From Holosporales bacterium (lineage in GTDB: Bacteria; Pseudomonadota; Alphaproteobacteria; Paracaedibacterales; CANFPP01), in NCBI GenBank assembly GCA_947449005.1, contig CANFPP010000001.1, forward strand, positions 8,442 through 72,441: 64,000 nucleotides of DNA, given 5' to 3'. Positions within the stretch are counted from its first letter, which is position 1. Each line of letters opens with the position of its first letter. Positions 52,095-60,592 of the stretch are shown in pieces. The notes beneath the pieces are model-generated. The model had not been told where the DNA came from. It did not search any database and saw only the letters and a program-made list of their open reading frames with translations. The position numbers and the translations under genes were made by a program.

Positions 52095-52295
52095 CTAGTC
52101 ACGCTCTTGTAACCAAGCCATTTGAATAGCTTCAAGAACTTTCTCATTGCTACGCAGAGGATCATCGATGAAACCTGGTAATTCTTGTACCCATTTCCAT
52201 AAATCAGTAAAGCGAATACTTAAAATATCCACGTCTGGGTACTTTTCTTCCATCGCTATCGCAATATCGTAAGTATCTGTCCACTGAAGTGACAT
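52095..52295 (-). CDS. iscX: Fe-S assembly protein IscX
   Basis: MSLQWTDTYDIAIAMEEKYPDVD...RFTDLWKWV...DDP..SNEKVLEAI...W parallels E. coli IscX. Confidence 0.85.
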   Translation of the reverse strand: MSLQWTDTYDIAIAMEEKYPDVDILSIRFTDLWKWVQELPGFIDDPLRSNEKVLEAIQMAWLQERD

Positions 52296-52299
52296 TTGG

Positions 52300-52629
52300 C
52301 TAGACCATCATGTTCCGCGTTGCAGAGGGAAGACGAACAACTAAACCATCTAGCTCGTCTGTGACAATAATCTGGCATCCCAAACGTGATGTGTGCGTTA
52401 AGCCAAAAGCTAAATCAAGCATGTCTTCTTCATCTTCAGTAGCTGTAGGCAATAGATCGTACCATTCAGAATCAACAACAACATGACAAGTTGAACAAGC
52501 TAAAGATCCTTCGCAAGCTCCCTCTAAATCAATATTATTTTGATGAGCGACTTCTAAAATTGATAGTCCAACTGGCGCATCAATCTCAATGTTTTTCCCC
52601 TCAGGGTTTATAAAATTTATTTTTGGCAT
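52300..52629 (-). CDS. fdx: [2Fe-2S] ferredoxin (ISC-type, adrenodoxin-like)
   Basis: [14 protein letters not shown] ... SRLGCQI cysteine pattern. 109 aa. Confidence 0.9.
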   Translation of the reverse strand: MPKINFINPEGKNIEIDAPVGLSILEVAHQNNIDLEGACEGSLACSTCHVVVDSEWYDLLPTATEDEEDMLDLAFGLTHTSRLGCQIIVTDELDGLVVRLPSATRNMMV

Positions 52630-52669
52630 AATACTCTCTTTGTTGTTAGTAATTACTTAGCTCTTTTTT

Positions 52670-52783
52670 GAGATCCTGGTGTCTAGCACCAGGATGACAA
52701 TGCAGGAGGTGTCATCCTATGACCAAACTTTTATGTCATCCTTAACCCCGCAGTGTCATCCTAGTGCTTGACACTAGGATCTC
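52670..52783. mobile_element. MITE-like element, family B, inserted between hscA and fdx
   Basis: GAGATCCTGGTGTCTAGCACCAGGATGAC ... GTCATCCTAGTGCTTGACACTAGGATCTC. Each end is itself a hairpin. Extra GTCATCCT half-sites lie inside. Confidence 0.7.
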
Positions 52784-52851
52784 ATACATCGGATTGGCTC
52801 TTATCACACTTATGCAGGATCTCTAACAAAACTTAATAGCTACAATCATTC

Positions 52852-54576
52852 TTAAATAGTTTTACCAACTAATTGCTGATAAATGGAAGAGTTTAATCTC
52901 ATTGCAGCAAAATTTTGACTATTCTCAGATAGTTTTTTAGACGCTAATTCAATTTGATCGCGATCGTTCGTTTTCACTGTTTCTTTTAACACTTCCAGCT
53001 CTTGCCGTAAAACAGCAATTTCTTCCAGTTTTAGTAAATGGCTGTCAACTTTAAGAGCAGACTCGAGGGACATTATTAATCCTTCTGCCTCAACTCTAGC
53101 TTCAACTAGCAAACGCTGTTGCATATCCGCCGCACCTTGTTCTGAGTTATCCTTCAGCATTCTGATTAAATCATCCTCGGTAAGACCATAAGAAGGCTTA
53201 ACCTCAACTTTTTGAGAAATACCTGTCATCTTTTCTTGCGCTGATACTGTTAATAAGCCATCCGCATCAACAGCAAACATAATTTCAACACGCGCAGCGC
53301 CCGCTACCATAGAAGGAATGCCAGATAGAATAAACTCACCTAGGGATCGGCAATGATCAACAAGCTCTCTCTCTCCCTGTAACACATGAATTTTAAGAGC
53401 TGTTTGTCCCTCTTGATAGGTTGTAAATTCTTGCGCCAAAGTAATTGGGATTGGTGTATTGCGCGGAATAATTTTTTCCACAATTCCACCCATGGTTTCA
53501 ATTCCTAAAGACAGCGGGATAACATCCAACAAAAGGGTATTCGACCCTCTCGTTAGCCCATCAGCTTGCAAAGCAGCGCCTAACGCTACAATCTCATCTG
53601 GATTCATATCAGTTAAAGGATCAGTCTTAAAAAACTCTGCAACATGAGCACGAACAAGTGGCATCCGCGTTGAACCACCAACCATGACAACACCTTTAAT
53701 CTCATCTGGCCCTAAATTTGCATCGAGAAGAACTTGACTACAAATCTGAGTAGTTTTCTCAATCAAAGAAAGGCTTAGATTTTCAAGAGTTTGGAGATCT
53801 AAATGCAACTTTCCATCTGACCAAGTCTCATGATTTGACAAAGCTTCTTTAGCTTGTCGAGCGATCAATTGATGCTGCCTCCAGTTTTCTGAAGGACCAA
53901 ACCAATGATTTACAATTTTCTCATCAATATCATCACCGCCAAGGTTAGTATCACCACCCGTTGCCAGAACTTGGAACACACCATGAGTCAATTTTAATAA
54001 GGAAATATCAAACGTACCGCCACCAAAATCATAAATGGCGTAAATACCTTCTATTCCTTGATCAAGGCCATAAGCCAATGCTGCTGCCGTTGGTTCATTG
54101 ATCAATCTTAAAACCGTTAAGCCAGCGATTTTAGCAGCATCTTTTGTTGCCTGACGCGCCGTATCATCAAAATAAGCCGGCACAGTAATAACGGCATGCG
54201 TAACAGATTGTCCCAAAGATTGTTCTGCTTGTGCTTTTAAAAAGGTTAAAATATCAGCAGATATCTCAACTGGAGTTTTATCTTGATAGACAGGTTTTGA
54301 AGGAGTTGCCATAAATCGTTTAACTGAGCTGATAGCGCTTTTTGGATCCTGCTTTAATTGATCCAAGGCATCAACACCAACCGTTATTCCTTCATTATAA
54401 GAAACCACAGAAGGGATTAAACTAACCCCATTTCGCGTTTTAATAACTATAGGTTGTCCGTTTTCTGAATAAGCGACCACAGAGTTTGTCGTTCCTAAAT
54501 CAATCCCAATTGCCTTATGCACATCCTCAGCATGAGGGAGAGACGTCATTCCTGGCTCAGTTAATTGTAAAAGCAT
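52852..54576 (-). CDS. hscA: Fe-S cluster chaperone HscA (Hsp70 family)
   Basis: [21 protein letters not shown]-like [19 protein letters not shown]. Confidence 0.93.
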   Translation of the reverse strand: MLLQLTEPGMTSLPHAEDVHKAIGIDLGTTNSVVAYSENGQPIVIKTRNGVSLIPSVVSYNEGITVGVDALDQLKQDPKSAISSVKRFMATPSKPVYQDKTPVEISADILTFLKAQAEQSLGQSVTHAVITVPAYFDDTARQATKDAAKIAGLTVLRLINEPTAAALAYGLDQGIEGIYAIYDFGGGTFDISLLKLTHGVFQVLATGGDTNLGGDDIDEKIVNHWFGPSENWRQHQLIARQAKEALSNHETWSDGKLHLDLQTLENLSLSLIEKTTQICSQVLLDANLGPDEIKGVVMVGGSTRMPLVRAHVAEFFKTDPLTDMNPDEIVALGAALQADGLTRGSNTLLLDVIPLSLGIETMGGIVEKIIPRNTPIPITLAQEFTTYQEGQTALKIHVLQGERELVDHCRSLGEFILSGIPSMVAGAARVEIMFAVDADGLLTVSAQEKMTGISQKVEVKPSYGLTEDDLIRMLKDNSEQGAADMQQRLLVEARVEAEGLIMSLESALKVDSHLLKLEEIAVLRQELEVLKETVKTNDRDQIELASKKLSENSQNFAAMRLNSSIYQQLVGKTI

Positions 54577-54588
54577 TATAAGGGCACT

Positions 54589-55095
54589 CTAATTTAGTGA
54601 GGATTGTCTTTGAGGTGTTTTTATTTCATCTTGGATTTTTGATAAATAGCTAAGACGTAAATATAATTTCATAAGTTCCTTTGAATCCTGTTGAGTCCAA
54701 GCAGTTGAAAATTGCTTGCACGCCTCATTAAATCGTTCCTTAATAACTTGATGAAAACTATTTAACTCACTCCTACCTTGAAGCGCTTCTAATTCTTCTC
54801 GCAACTCCATGATTTCCATTAAAGCCTCTGGATCTTGTACATCTGATTCACCAGACGCAGAGATATTCGCGATAGACAAAAGCGTCTCTGCCCGTTTTAA
54901 AGGATGCTTTAAGTTTTTGTAGGCTTGATTAATCTCAGCTGCCTTTGTTTGAGCAAGCTGTTTCTCTTTTTCTATTTTTAAAACAAAACGATCTGGATGA
55001 AGTGTTGATTGCAGAAAAAAATAATTCCTATCTAAAATCTCTAAATCTAAATCAAACGTGGGCTCCAGATTAAACAAAAAAAACAAGTTAGACAT
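54589..55095 (-). CDS. hscB: Co-chaperone HscB (J-domain)
   Basis: Track ORF starts at 55194. The start MSNLFFLFNLEPTFDLD (55095) is preferred because it overlaps the iscA stop by only 8 nt. HPD tripeptide in LHPDRF. Confidence 0.8.
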   Translation of the reverse strand: MSNLFFLFNLEPTFDLDLEILDRNYFFLQSTLHPDRFVLKIEKEKQLAQTKAAEINQAYKNLKHPLKRAETLLSIANISASGESDVQDPEALMEIMELREELEALQGRSELNSFHQVIKERFNEACKQFSTAWTQQDSKELMKLYLRLSYLSKIQDEIKTPQRQSSLN

Positions 55096-55423
55096 GGAAG
55101 GATTTGCCACACCCACAGCGTCCTTTTTCATTAGGATTTGTAAATACAAAACCTGACTGCATCTTATCCTCGACGAAATCCATTTCGGTTCCAAGAATGA
55201 ACATAATTGCTTTGGGATCGATCATAACGGTAATGCCCTCGTGCTCAACCAACTCATCATAAGGATTTTTCTCATCCGCATATTCAAACGTATAGGACAT
55301 TCCTGAACACCCCTTGGTGCGAATGCCGATTCGAATTCCAGCTGATGGTTTTCCGCGTTGATCAAGCAATATCTTAATACGCTCAACAGCAGCCTGAGTC
55401 ATTGTTAAAGGGGCATTCATCAT
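55088..55423 (-). CDS. iscA: Fe-S carrier IscA
   Basis: GCSGMSY ... NPNEKGRCGCGKSF C-terminal Cys motif. Confidence 0.9.
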   Translation of the reverse strand: MMNAPLTMTQAAVERIKILLDQRGKPSAGIRIGIRTKGCSGMSYTFEYADEKNPYDELVEHEGITVMIDPKAIMFILGTEMDFVEDKMQSGFVFTNPNEKGRCGCGKSFHV

Positions 55424-55430
55424 TTAGTTC

Positions 55431-55817
55431 CTAAGCTGCTTTTTGCTTCAAGCGATAATCCTGTATTGCCGCTTTGATAGCATCTTCCGCTAGAATCGAA
55501 CAATGAATTTTAACAGGAGGGAGTGCTAGGTGAGTCGCGATCTCAGTATTTCGAATTTGCTGCGCCTCGTCCAAACTTTTTCCCTTAACCCACTCTGTTA
55601 CCAAAGAGGACGAAGCAATTGCAGAACCACAACCGAAAGTTTTAAATTTAGCATCAAGAATAATACCATCATCACTAACTTGAATTTGAAGCTTCATAAC
55701 ATCACCGCACGCTGGCGCGCCAACCAATCCAGTTCCAACGTTATCTGCATTTTTATCAAGCGCCCCTACATTACGAGGATTCTCATAATGATCAACTAAT
55801 TTAGTACTGTAAGCCAT
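55431..55817 (-). CDS. iscU: Fe-S scaffold IscU
   Basis: GAPACGDVMKLQI, FKTFGCGSAIASSS, LPPVKIHCS. Confidence 0.95.
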   Translation of the reverse strand: MAYSTKLVDHYENPRNVGALDKNADNVGTGLVGAPACGDVMKLQIQVSDDGIILDAKFKTFGCGSAIASSSLVTEWVKGKSLDEAQQIRNTEIATHLALPPVKIHCSILAEDAIKAAIQDYRLKQKAA

Positions 55818-55838
55818 AATTATTTATCCCTCTTAATA

Positions 55839-57065
55839 TTAATGTGCTGCCCATTGAATTGATTTCAGATCAATTCCTTCTTGTGCCATTTCCCAAAGTG
55901 GACTCATCTCTCTTAAACGCTCCACTGCCGCCACCATTTTCTCTATCGTTTGATCGACTTCATCTATTGTTGTAAATCTTCCCAGACCAAACCGAATCGA
56001 TGTATGGGCAAGCTCAATCTCAACCCCAAGTGCCCGCAAAACATAAGATGGTTCAAGAGATGAAGATGTGCATGCTGAACCAGAAGAAACTGATAATTCT
56101 TTAATCCCCATCATCAATCCTTCTCCCTCAACATAAGCAAAGCTCAAGTTAAGATTGCCAGGAACACGTTGATCTTTATCTCCATTTAAGAAAACATCTG
56201 GCAAACGTTGCATAATTCCTTGATACAAACGATCCCTAAGTGCGCTTAGCTTAATGTTCTCATCGACCATTTCTTTTTGAGCAATTTCACAAGCCTCCCC
56301 AAGTCCAACGCACAAAGGTGTTGGCAATGTTCCTGAACGCATTCCTCGTTCTTGGCCGCCGCCATTAATAATCGCTTGCAATCGAACTCTTGGTTTGCGC
56401 CTAACGAATAACGCACCAATTCCCTTTGGACCATAAATTTTATGCCCAGAAATGCTCAATAAATCAATGTTCATTTCATTAACATCAATCGCGATTTTTC
56501 CGATAGCTTGCGCAGCATCTGTATGGAAAAATACACCTTTTTCCCGGCAAATTTTTCCGATTTCTTTTAACGGCTGGATGACCCCAATTTCATTATTCAC
56601 CGCCATAATTGAAACCAAAATCGTCTGATCCGTAATTGAGTCCTGCAGCAGATTTAAATCAATAATACCATTTTGTTGCACGGGTAAGTAGGTTATCCGA
56701 AACCCTTGTTGCTCCAGATGACGACAACTATCTAACACGCATTTATGTTCCGTAACGCACGTAATGATATGCTTTTTACGATCTTGATAAAACTGCGCCA
56801 CACCTTTGATCGCAAGGTTATTAGACTCTGTTGCACCGCTGGTAAAAACGATCTCTCTTTCATCAGCACCAATAATATTTGCAACTTGTAAGCGCGCTTT
56901 ATCTACTGCTGACTCTGCAAGCCAACCATGCGGGTGACTGCGAGAATGCGGATTCCCAAAAATCTCCGTAAAATAAGGCAACATCTTATCAAGCACTCTC
57001 GGATCACATGGAGTTGTTGCTTGATAATCTAAATAGATCTGTTGTGTCATTTCAGGTGTTGGCAT
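55839..57065 (-). CDS. iscS: Cysteine desulfurase IscS
   Basis: [20 protein letters not shown] (PLP Lys), SSGSACTS (active-site Cys). Confidence 0.93.
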   Translation of the reverse strand: MPTPEMTQQIYLDYQATTPCDPRVLDKMLPYFTEIFGNPHSRSHPHGWLAESAVDKARLQVANIIGADEREIVFTSGATESNNLAIKGVAQFYQDRKKHIITCVTEHKCVLDSCRHLEQQGFRITYLPVQQNGIIDLNLLQDSITDQTILVSIMAVNNEIGVIQPLKEIGKICREKGVFFHTDAAQAIGKIAIDVNEMNIDLLSISGHKIYGPKGIGALFVRRKPRVRLQAIINGGGQERGMRSGTLPTPLCVGLGEACEIAQKEMVDENIKLSALRDRLYQGIMQRLPDVFLNGDKDQRVPGNLNLSFAYVEGEGLMMGIKELSVSSGSACTSSSLEPSYVLRALGVEIELAHTSIRFGLGRFTTIDEVDQTIEKMVAAVERLREMSPLWEMAQEGIDLKSIQWAAH

Positions 57066-58191
57066 AAATCCCCTCTTGCGTAGATTTTAAAAGGCGCTGT
57101 GGAGCGCATCTACTATAAATTTGTTTCCACATATCAATCATTGTTTCTATTTCAAAGGACCGCGTTTGCCATCCCAAACTTACGCGAATCGCAGAATTTG
57201 TCTTTGATGACGGCAATCCCATTGCCTGTAAAATTCGAGACGTTTTTACTTTACCCGAAGAACATGCAGACCCTGCACTAACAGCAATTCCACTTAAATC
57301 AAAATTCATTAATTGAACATCACTTTTAACGCCTGGCATTGTTAAATTAGAAGTGTTTGGCAGCCTTGGAATATTCTTACCAAAAACATCAACATCCAAG
57401 CAAAAAGCTTGAATTTCATCCTCGAATCGATCTCGAAGCAAGCGAATTTCATCCCATGGGTCCTTCAAACATTCTTTCAAGGCTGCTTCAAATCCCATAA
57501 TTCCTAAAATATTCTCTGTTCCTCCACGGTTAGATCTCTCCTGCCCGCCACCAATAATTTGAGCTTTTAGAGCAAGATTTGGAGAAACAATAAGCGCCCC
57601 AACGCCAGCCGGCCCGCCAATTTTATGGCTAGAAATTGACAACATATCAAAAGAAATTTGAGACCAGTCAAGTTTCAGTTTTCCAACCGCTTGCGTTGCA
57701 TCACAATGAAAAAACGCCTGATGCTTTTTTACTAAAGCTGCAATCTCTGAAATGGGCTGAATAACTCCTGTTTCATTATTAGCAGCCATAACAGACACCA
57801 AAACTTTTTCATCATGATGACTCTGCAACAAAGACTCAAGTTTTTCTAAGCTGACAACTCCATCTTCATCAACAGGGCAGCTGAGAGCATCACTACAGAC
57901 TTGATGAATAGAATCATGCTCAACCGCAGAAATAATCTTTATTCCGTCAAATCCTTTTAAGGCCAAGTTATTGGCTTCTGTCGCTCCGCTGGTAAAAACA
58001 ATCTGCTTTGGTTCTGCACTGAAGAAATCAGCGATAGTATGACGAGCCGACTCCAGATGCTGGCGAACCTTTCTGCCCCAGGCATGCACTGAAGATGGAT
58101 TCCCTGTCATATCCATAGCCTTAATCATAGCCACCTTAGCCTCTAATCGAAGAGGCGTTGTCGCATTATAATCAAGATAAATTTTTGACAT
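57052..58191 (-). CDS. Second cysteine desulfurase (NifS-like paralog)
   Basis: Start moved to [13 protein letters not shown] (58191), 2 nt after the iscR stop. [10 protein letters not shown] (PLP Lys), SAGSACSSG (Cys). Confidence 0.88.
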   Translation of the reverse strand: MSKIYLDYNATTPLRLEAKVAMIKAMDMTGNPSSVHAWGRKVRQHLESARHTIADFFSAEPKQIVFTSGATEANNLALKGFDGIKIISAVEHDSIHQVCSDALSCPVDEDGVVSLEKLESLLQSHHDEKVLVSVMAANNETGVIQPISEIAALVKKHQAFFHCDATQAVGKLKLDWSQISFDMLSISSHKIGGPAGVGALIVSPNLALKAQIIGGGQERSNRGGTENILGIMGFEAALKECLKDPWDEIRLLRDRFEDEIQAFCLDVDVFGKNIPRLPNTSNLTMPGVKSDVQLMNFDLSGIAVSAGSACSSGKVKTSRILQAMGLPSSKTNSAIRVSLGWQTRSFEIETMIDMWKQIYSRCAPQRLLKSTQEGIYANT

Positions 58192-58193
58192 AA

Positions 58194-58679
58194 TTATAAC
58201 GACCTTGAAATTTTTGAAAGCCCTGCATCTTGAGGCATCATCCAAAAACGCCCCATTCCCATCACTCGCTGATTACAAACATCAGCCAAGGTGACTCTCG
58301 CTAAAAAAAGCTGAACAACAGCACCAAGTTCATCCCAAAGATCATGCGTCATACACCGACCACCGCCTGGCTGACATCCTACTGGCGATCCATTTTCACA
58401 GCGGGTTGCCTTCAAAGACGTATCAACAGCTGTAATAATATCAAGAATACGTATTTCTTCAGGCGTGCGAACTAAATTATAGCCTCCAGCAGCGCCTCTT
58501 GAGCTTTTCACTAAATTCGCTTTACGGAGCTTTAAAAATAATTGTTCCAAATATGCAAGAGGAAGGTTCTGGCGTTCTGCAATTGTTGTTAAAGCTACGG
58601 GGTGACCACTCGACAATATATTTTGAGAAATATCAGCCATGGCCATTACAGCGTATCTTGCTTTTGTTGTTAGCCGCAT
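58194..58679 (-). CDS. iscR: Rrf2-family Fe-S regulator IscR
   Basis: MRLTTKARYAVMAMADI N-terminal wHTH. Three-Cys cluster-ligand region CENGSPVGCQPGGGRCMTH. Confidence 0.85.
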   Translation of the reverse strand: MRLTTKARYAVMAMADISQNILSSGHPVALTTIAERQNLPLAYLEQLFLKLRKANLVKSSRGAAGGYNLVRTPEEIRILDIITAVDTSLKATRCENGSPVGCQPGGGRCMTHDLWDELGAVVQLFLARVTLADVCNQRVMGMGRFWMMPQDAGLSKISRSL

Positions 58680-58793
58680 ATTTACTCACTTTATATTTAT
58701 ATAGCTCTTAGAACAATGTCGTGCTATTCTCCCAGGAAGCCTTGAAAAAGAGGCTTACAAAGCTATTTTTCTTAAGGTTAATGAAAATTAATC

Positions 58794-58818
58794 TATCCCG
58801 ACTAATCTAGTCAAGTAT
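58794..58818. promoter_or_regulatory. Candidate IscR type-1 binding site
   Basis: TATCCCGACTAATCTAGTCAAGTAT versus the recalled consensus ATASYYGACTRWWWYAGTCRRSTAT. GACT-N5-AGTC core intact, 21 of 25 positions match. Lies in the iscR / hydrolase divergent intergenic region. Confidence 0.45.
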
Positions 58819-58907
58819 TATTTAGGGAACATCAAAAGAAAGAGGCAAATTGCAGGGATTTATTCCTACAATTTTAGTCGGAATTAATGGGTAGGAAAGG
58901 ATAAAGA

Positions 58908-59570
58908 ATGCCAGAGGTAATTTTTAACGGAGCTGCAGGTCGAATTGAAGGTCGCTATCATCAGAGCAAGCAACCTAACGCACCGATTGCTTTAGTTCTA
59001 CATCCCTACCCACCTCATGGTGGCACAATGAATAATAAAATTGTTTATGCTATTTACCGCTCTTTTATCGACAGAGGATTTAGCGCTTTGCGTTTTAACT
59101 TCCGAGGCGTTGGACGTTCAGAAGGAGTTTTCGGTGATGGCGAGGGGGAACTGAGTGATGCAGCATCAGCTTTAGACTGGCTACAATCCTTTAACCCAAA
59201 TGTGAACTCATATTGGGTGGCTGGATTTTCTTTTGGCGCCTGGATTGCCATGCAGCTTCTTATGAGGCGCCCTGAACTTGCTGGTTTCATTTCTGTAAGC
59301 CCTCCAGCTGATCGTTATGACTTTAACTTTCTTGCCCCCTGCCCTGTTTCAGGACAGATCATTCAAGGTAACCAAGATAAAACTGTTTCACACACCTCTG
59401 TAGGCAACCTAGTTACAAAATTACGCAACCAACGCGGTATTAAAATTGATTATGAAGTTATAGACGGAGCGGATCATTTCTACAAAGATCAGCTTCCAAT
59501 TCTTTGCCGTCACATAGACAATTACCTAGAAACCAATACGTCCCACCTCTCAAGACCTATTGCTGTTTAA
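58908..59570 (+). CDS. Alpha/beta-fold hydrolase (COG2945-like)
   Basis: LVLHPYPPHGGTMNNK, RFNFRGVGRSEG, nucleophile elbow GFSFGA. Confidence 0.75.
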   Translation: MPEVIFNGAAGRIEGRYHQSKQPNAPIALVLHPYPPHGGTMNNKIVYAIYRSFIDRGFSALRFNFRGVGRSEGVFGDGEGELSDAASALDWLQSFNPNVNSYWVAGFSFGAWIAMQLLMRRPELAGFISVSPPADRYDFNFLAPCPVSGQIIQGNQDKTVSHTSVGNLVTKLRNQRGIKIDYEVIDGADHFYKDQLPILCRHIDNYLETNTSHLSRPIAV

Positions 59571-59584
59571 ATAAGCACTTCGCT

Positions 59585-59621
59585 GAGATCCTGGATGGCC
59601 CCATGGCGTCACCAGGATCTC
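59585..59621. repeat. Solo family-B hairpin between convergent genes
   Basis: GAGATCCTGG-atggccccatggcgtca-CCAGGATCTC. Confidence 0.6.
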
Positions 59622-59650
59622 AAACAACTTAGTGTGAAAAACATCGCACC

Positions 59651-60577
59651 TTAAAACACATAAGTCATAGACTCAGGATTTAACTTAATAACGCTCGTTT
59701 TAATCTCACCTTCTTTAGAAAGCTTACTTAAGATAGGTAAGAAATTTGGATGAATTTTAATAGGTTCTTTATCAGGGCTTTCTGAACCATCTTTAATAAG
59801 ATACCCTTTTGCCGTTAAAATAGTTCCATTTACCATATCGATTTCAGATAGTTTGACAAATCGGCACCAAGAAATTTCTTGTTCTTCAAGCTTAATGTTA
59901 GCCACATCATTATCCGTTATGGGATGAATAAAAATGAAACTAGACAAACTAACGGGTTGCTTCTCCCCGCGATTAATCTTATGAAGAACCCCAATCAATT
60001 GCAGTTGGCTTGGGTCAATTGTTAAATTGATTTCTTCCTTGCATTCTCGAATTGCTGCAGCCTCTACAGTCTCACCGCGATCAAGATAACCGCCTGGAGG
60101 TATCAAAACAGTTTTATCAACGTCCTTAGTTAACAAAACTTCCTTTTCCCCATTGTGCGTTCGAAAGAAAATTACATTTGTTGCTAAAGATGTTGTATCT
60201 GGCTCAGGGACTTTCCTGCCATTTTTAAAAATCCATTCAATTTTTCTCTGTGAATTATCAACGTGATACATATCAAATTGAAAAACCTTCATAACTTTCA
60301 ATAATGCCGAATGATTTTTATCAACAGATAAGGAAATAATAATTGGCTTCAAATAATGATGTTGTTGCACGTGATGAATAAACTGTTCAAACTTCTTCGT
60401 GAAATTAGAAACACTCTCAAGAGTATCTCCATTAACAACAAATTTTCCATAGGCATCACGATCGACAGGGATTGTTAAAATACTATCAGGCTGTTTTTCT
60501 GGGTTTATTGCACAAGAAATCAGTACAATTCCAAAAAGAAACAGAGAAAATAATCTTAATACCCTTTTACAAGACAC
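59651..60577 (-). CDS. Lipoprotein with a C-terminal Nudix hydrolase domain (308 aa)
   Basis: Lipobox FGIVLISC at aa 15-22. Nudix box GGYLDRGETVEAAAIRECKEEINL (G-x5-E-x7-REUxEE). N-terminal domain of about 130 aa is of unknown type. Confidence 0.75.
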   Translation of the reverse strand: MSCKRVLRLFSLFLFGIVLISCAINPEKQPDSILTIPVDRDAYGKFVVNGDTLESVSNFTKKFEQFIHHVQQHHYLKPIIISLSVDKNHSALLKVMKVFQFDMYHVDNSQRKIEWIFKNGRKVPEPDTTSLATNVIFFRTHNGEKEVLLTKDVDKTVLIPPGGYLDRGETVEAAAIRECKEEINLTIDPSQLQLIGVLHKINRGEKQPVSLSSFIFIHPITDNDVANIKLEEQEISWCRFVKLSEIDMVNGTILTAKGYLIKDGSESPDKEPIKIHPNFLPILSKLSKEGEIKTSVIKLNPESMTYVF

Positions 60578-60592
60578 TAAAACACTCTATTT

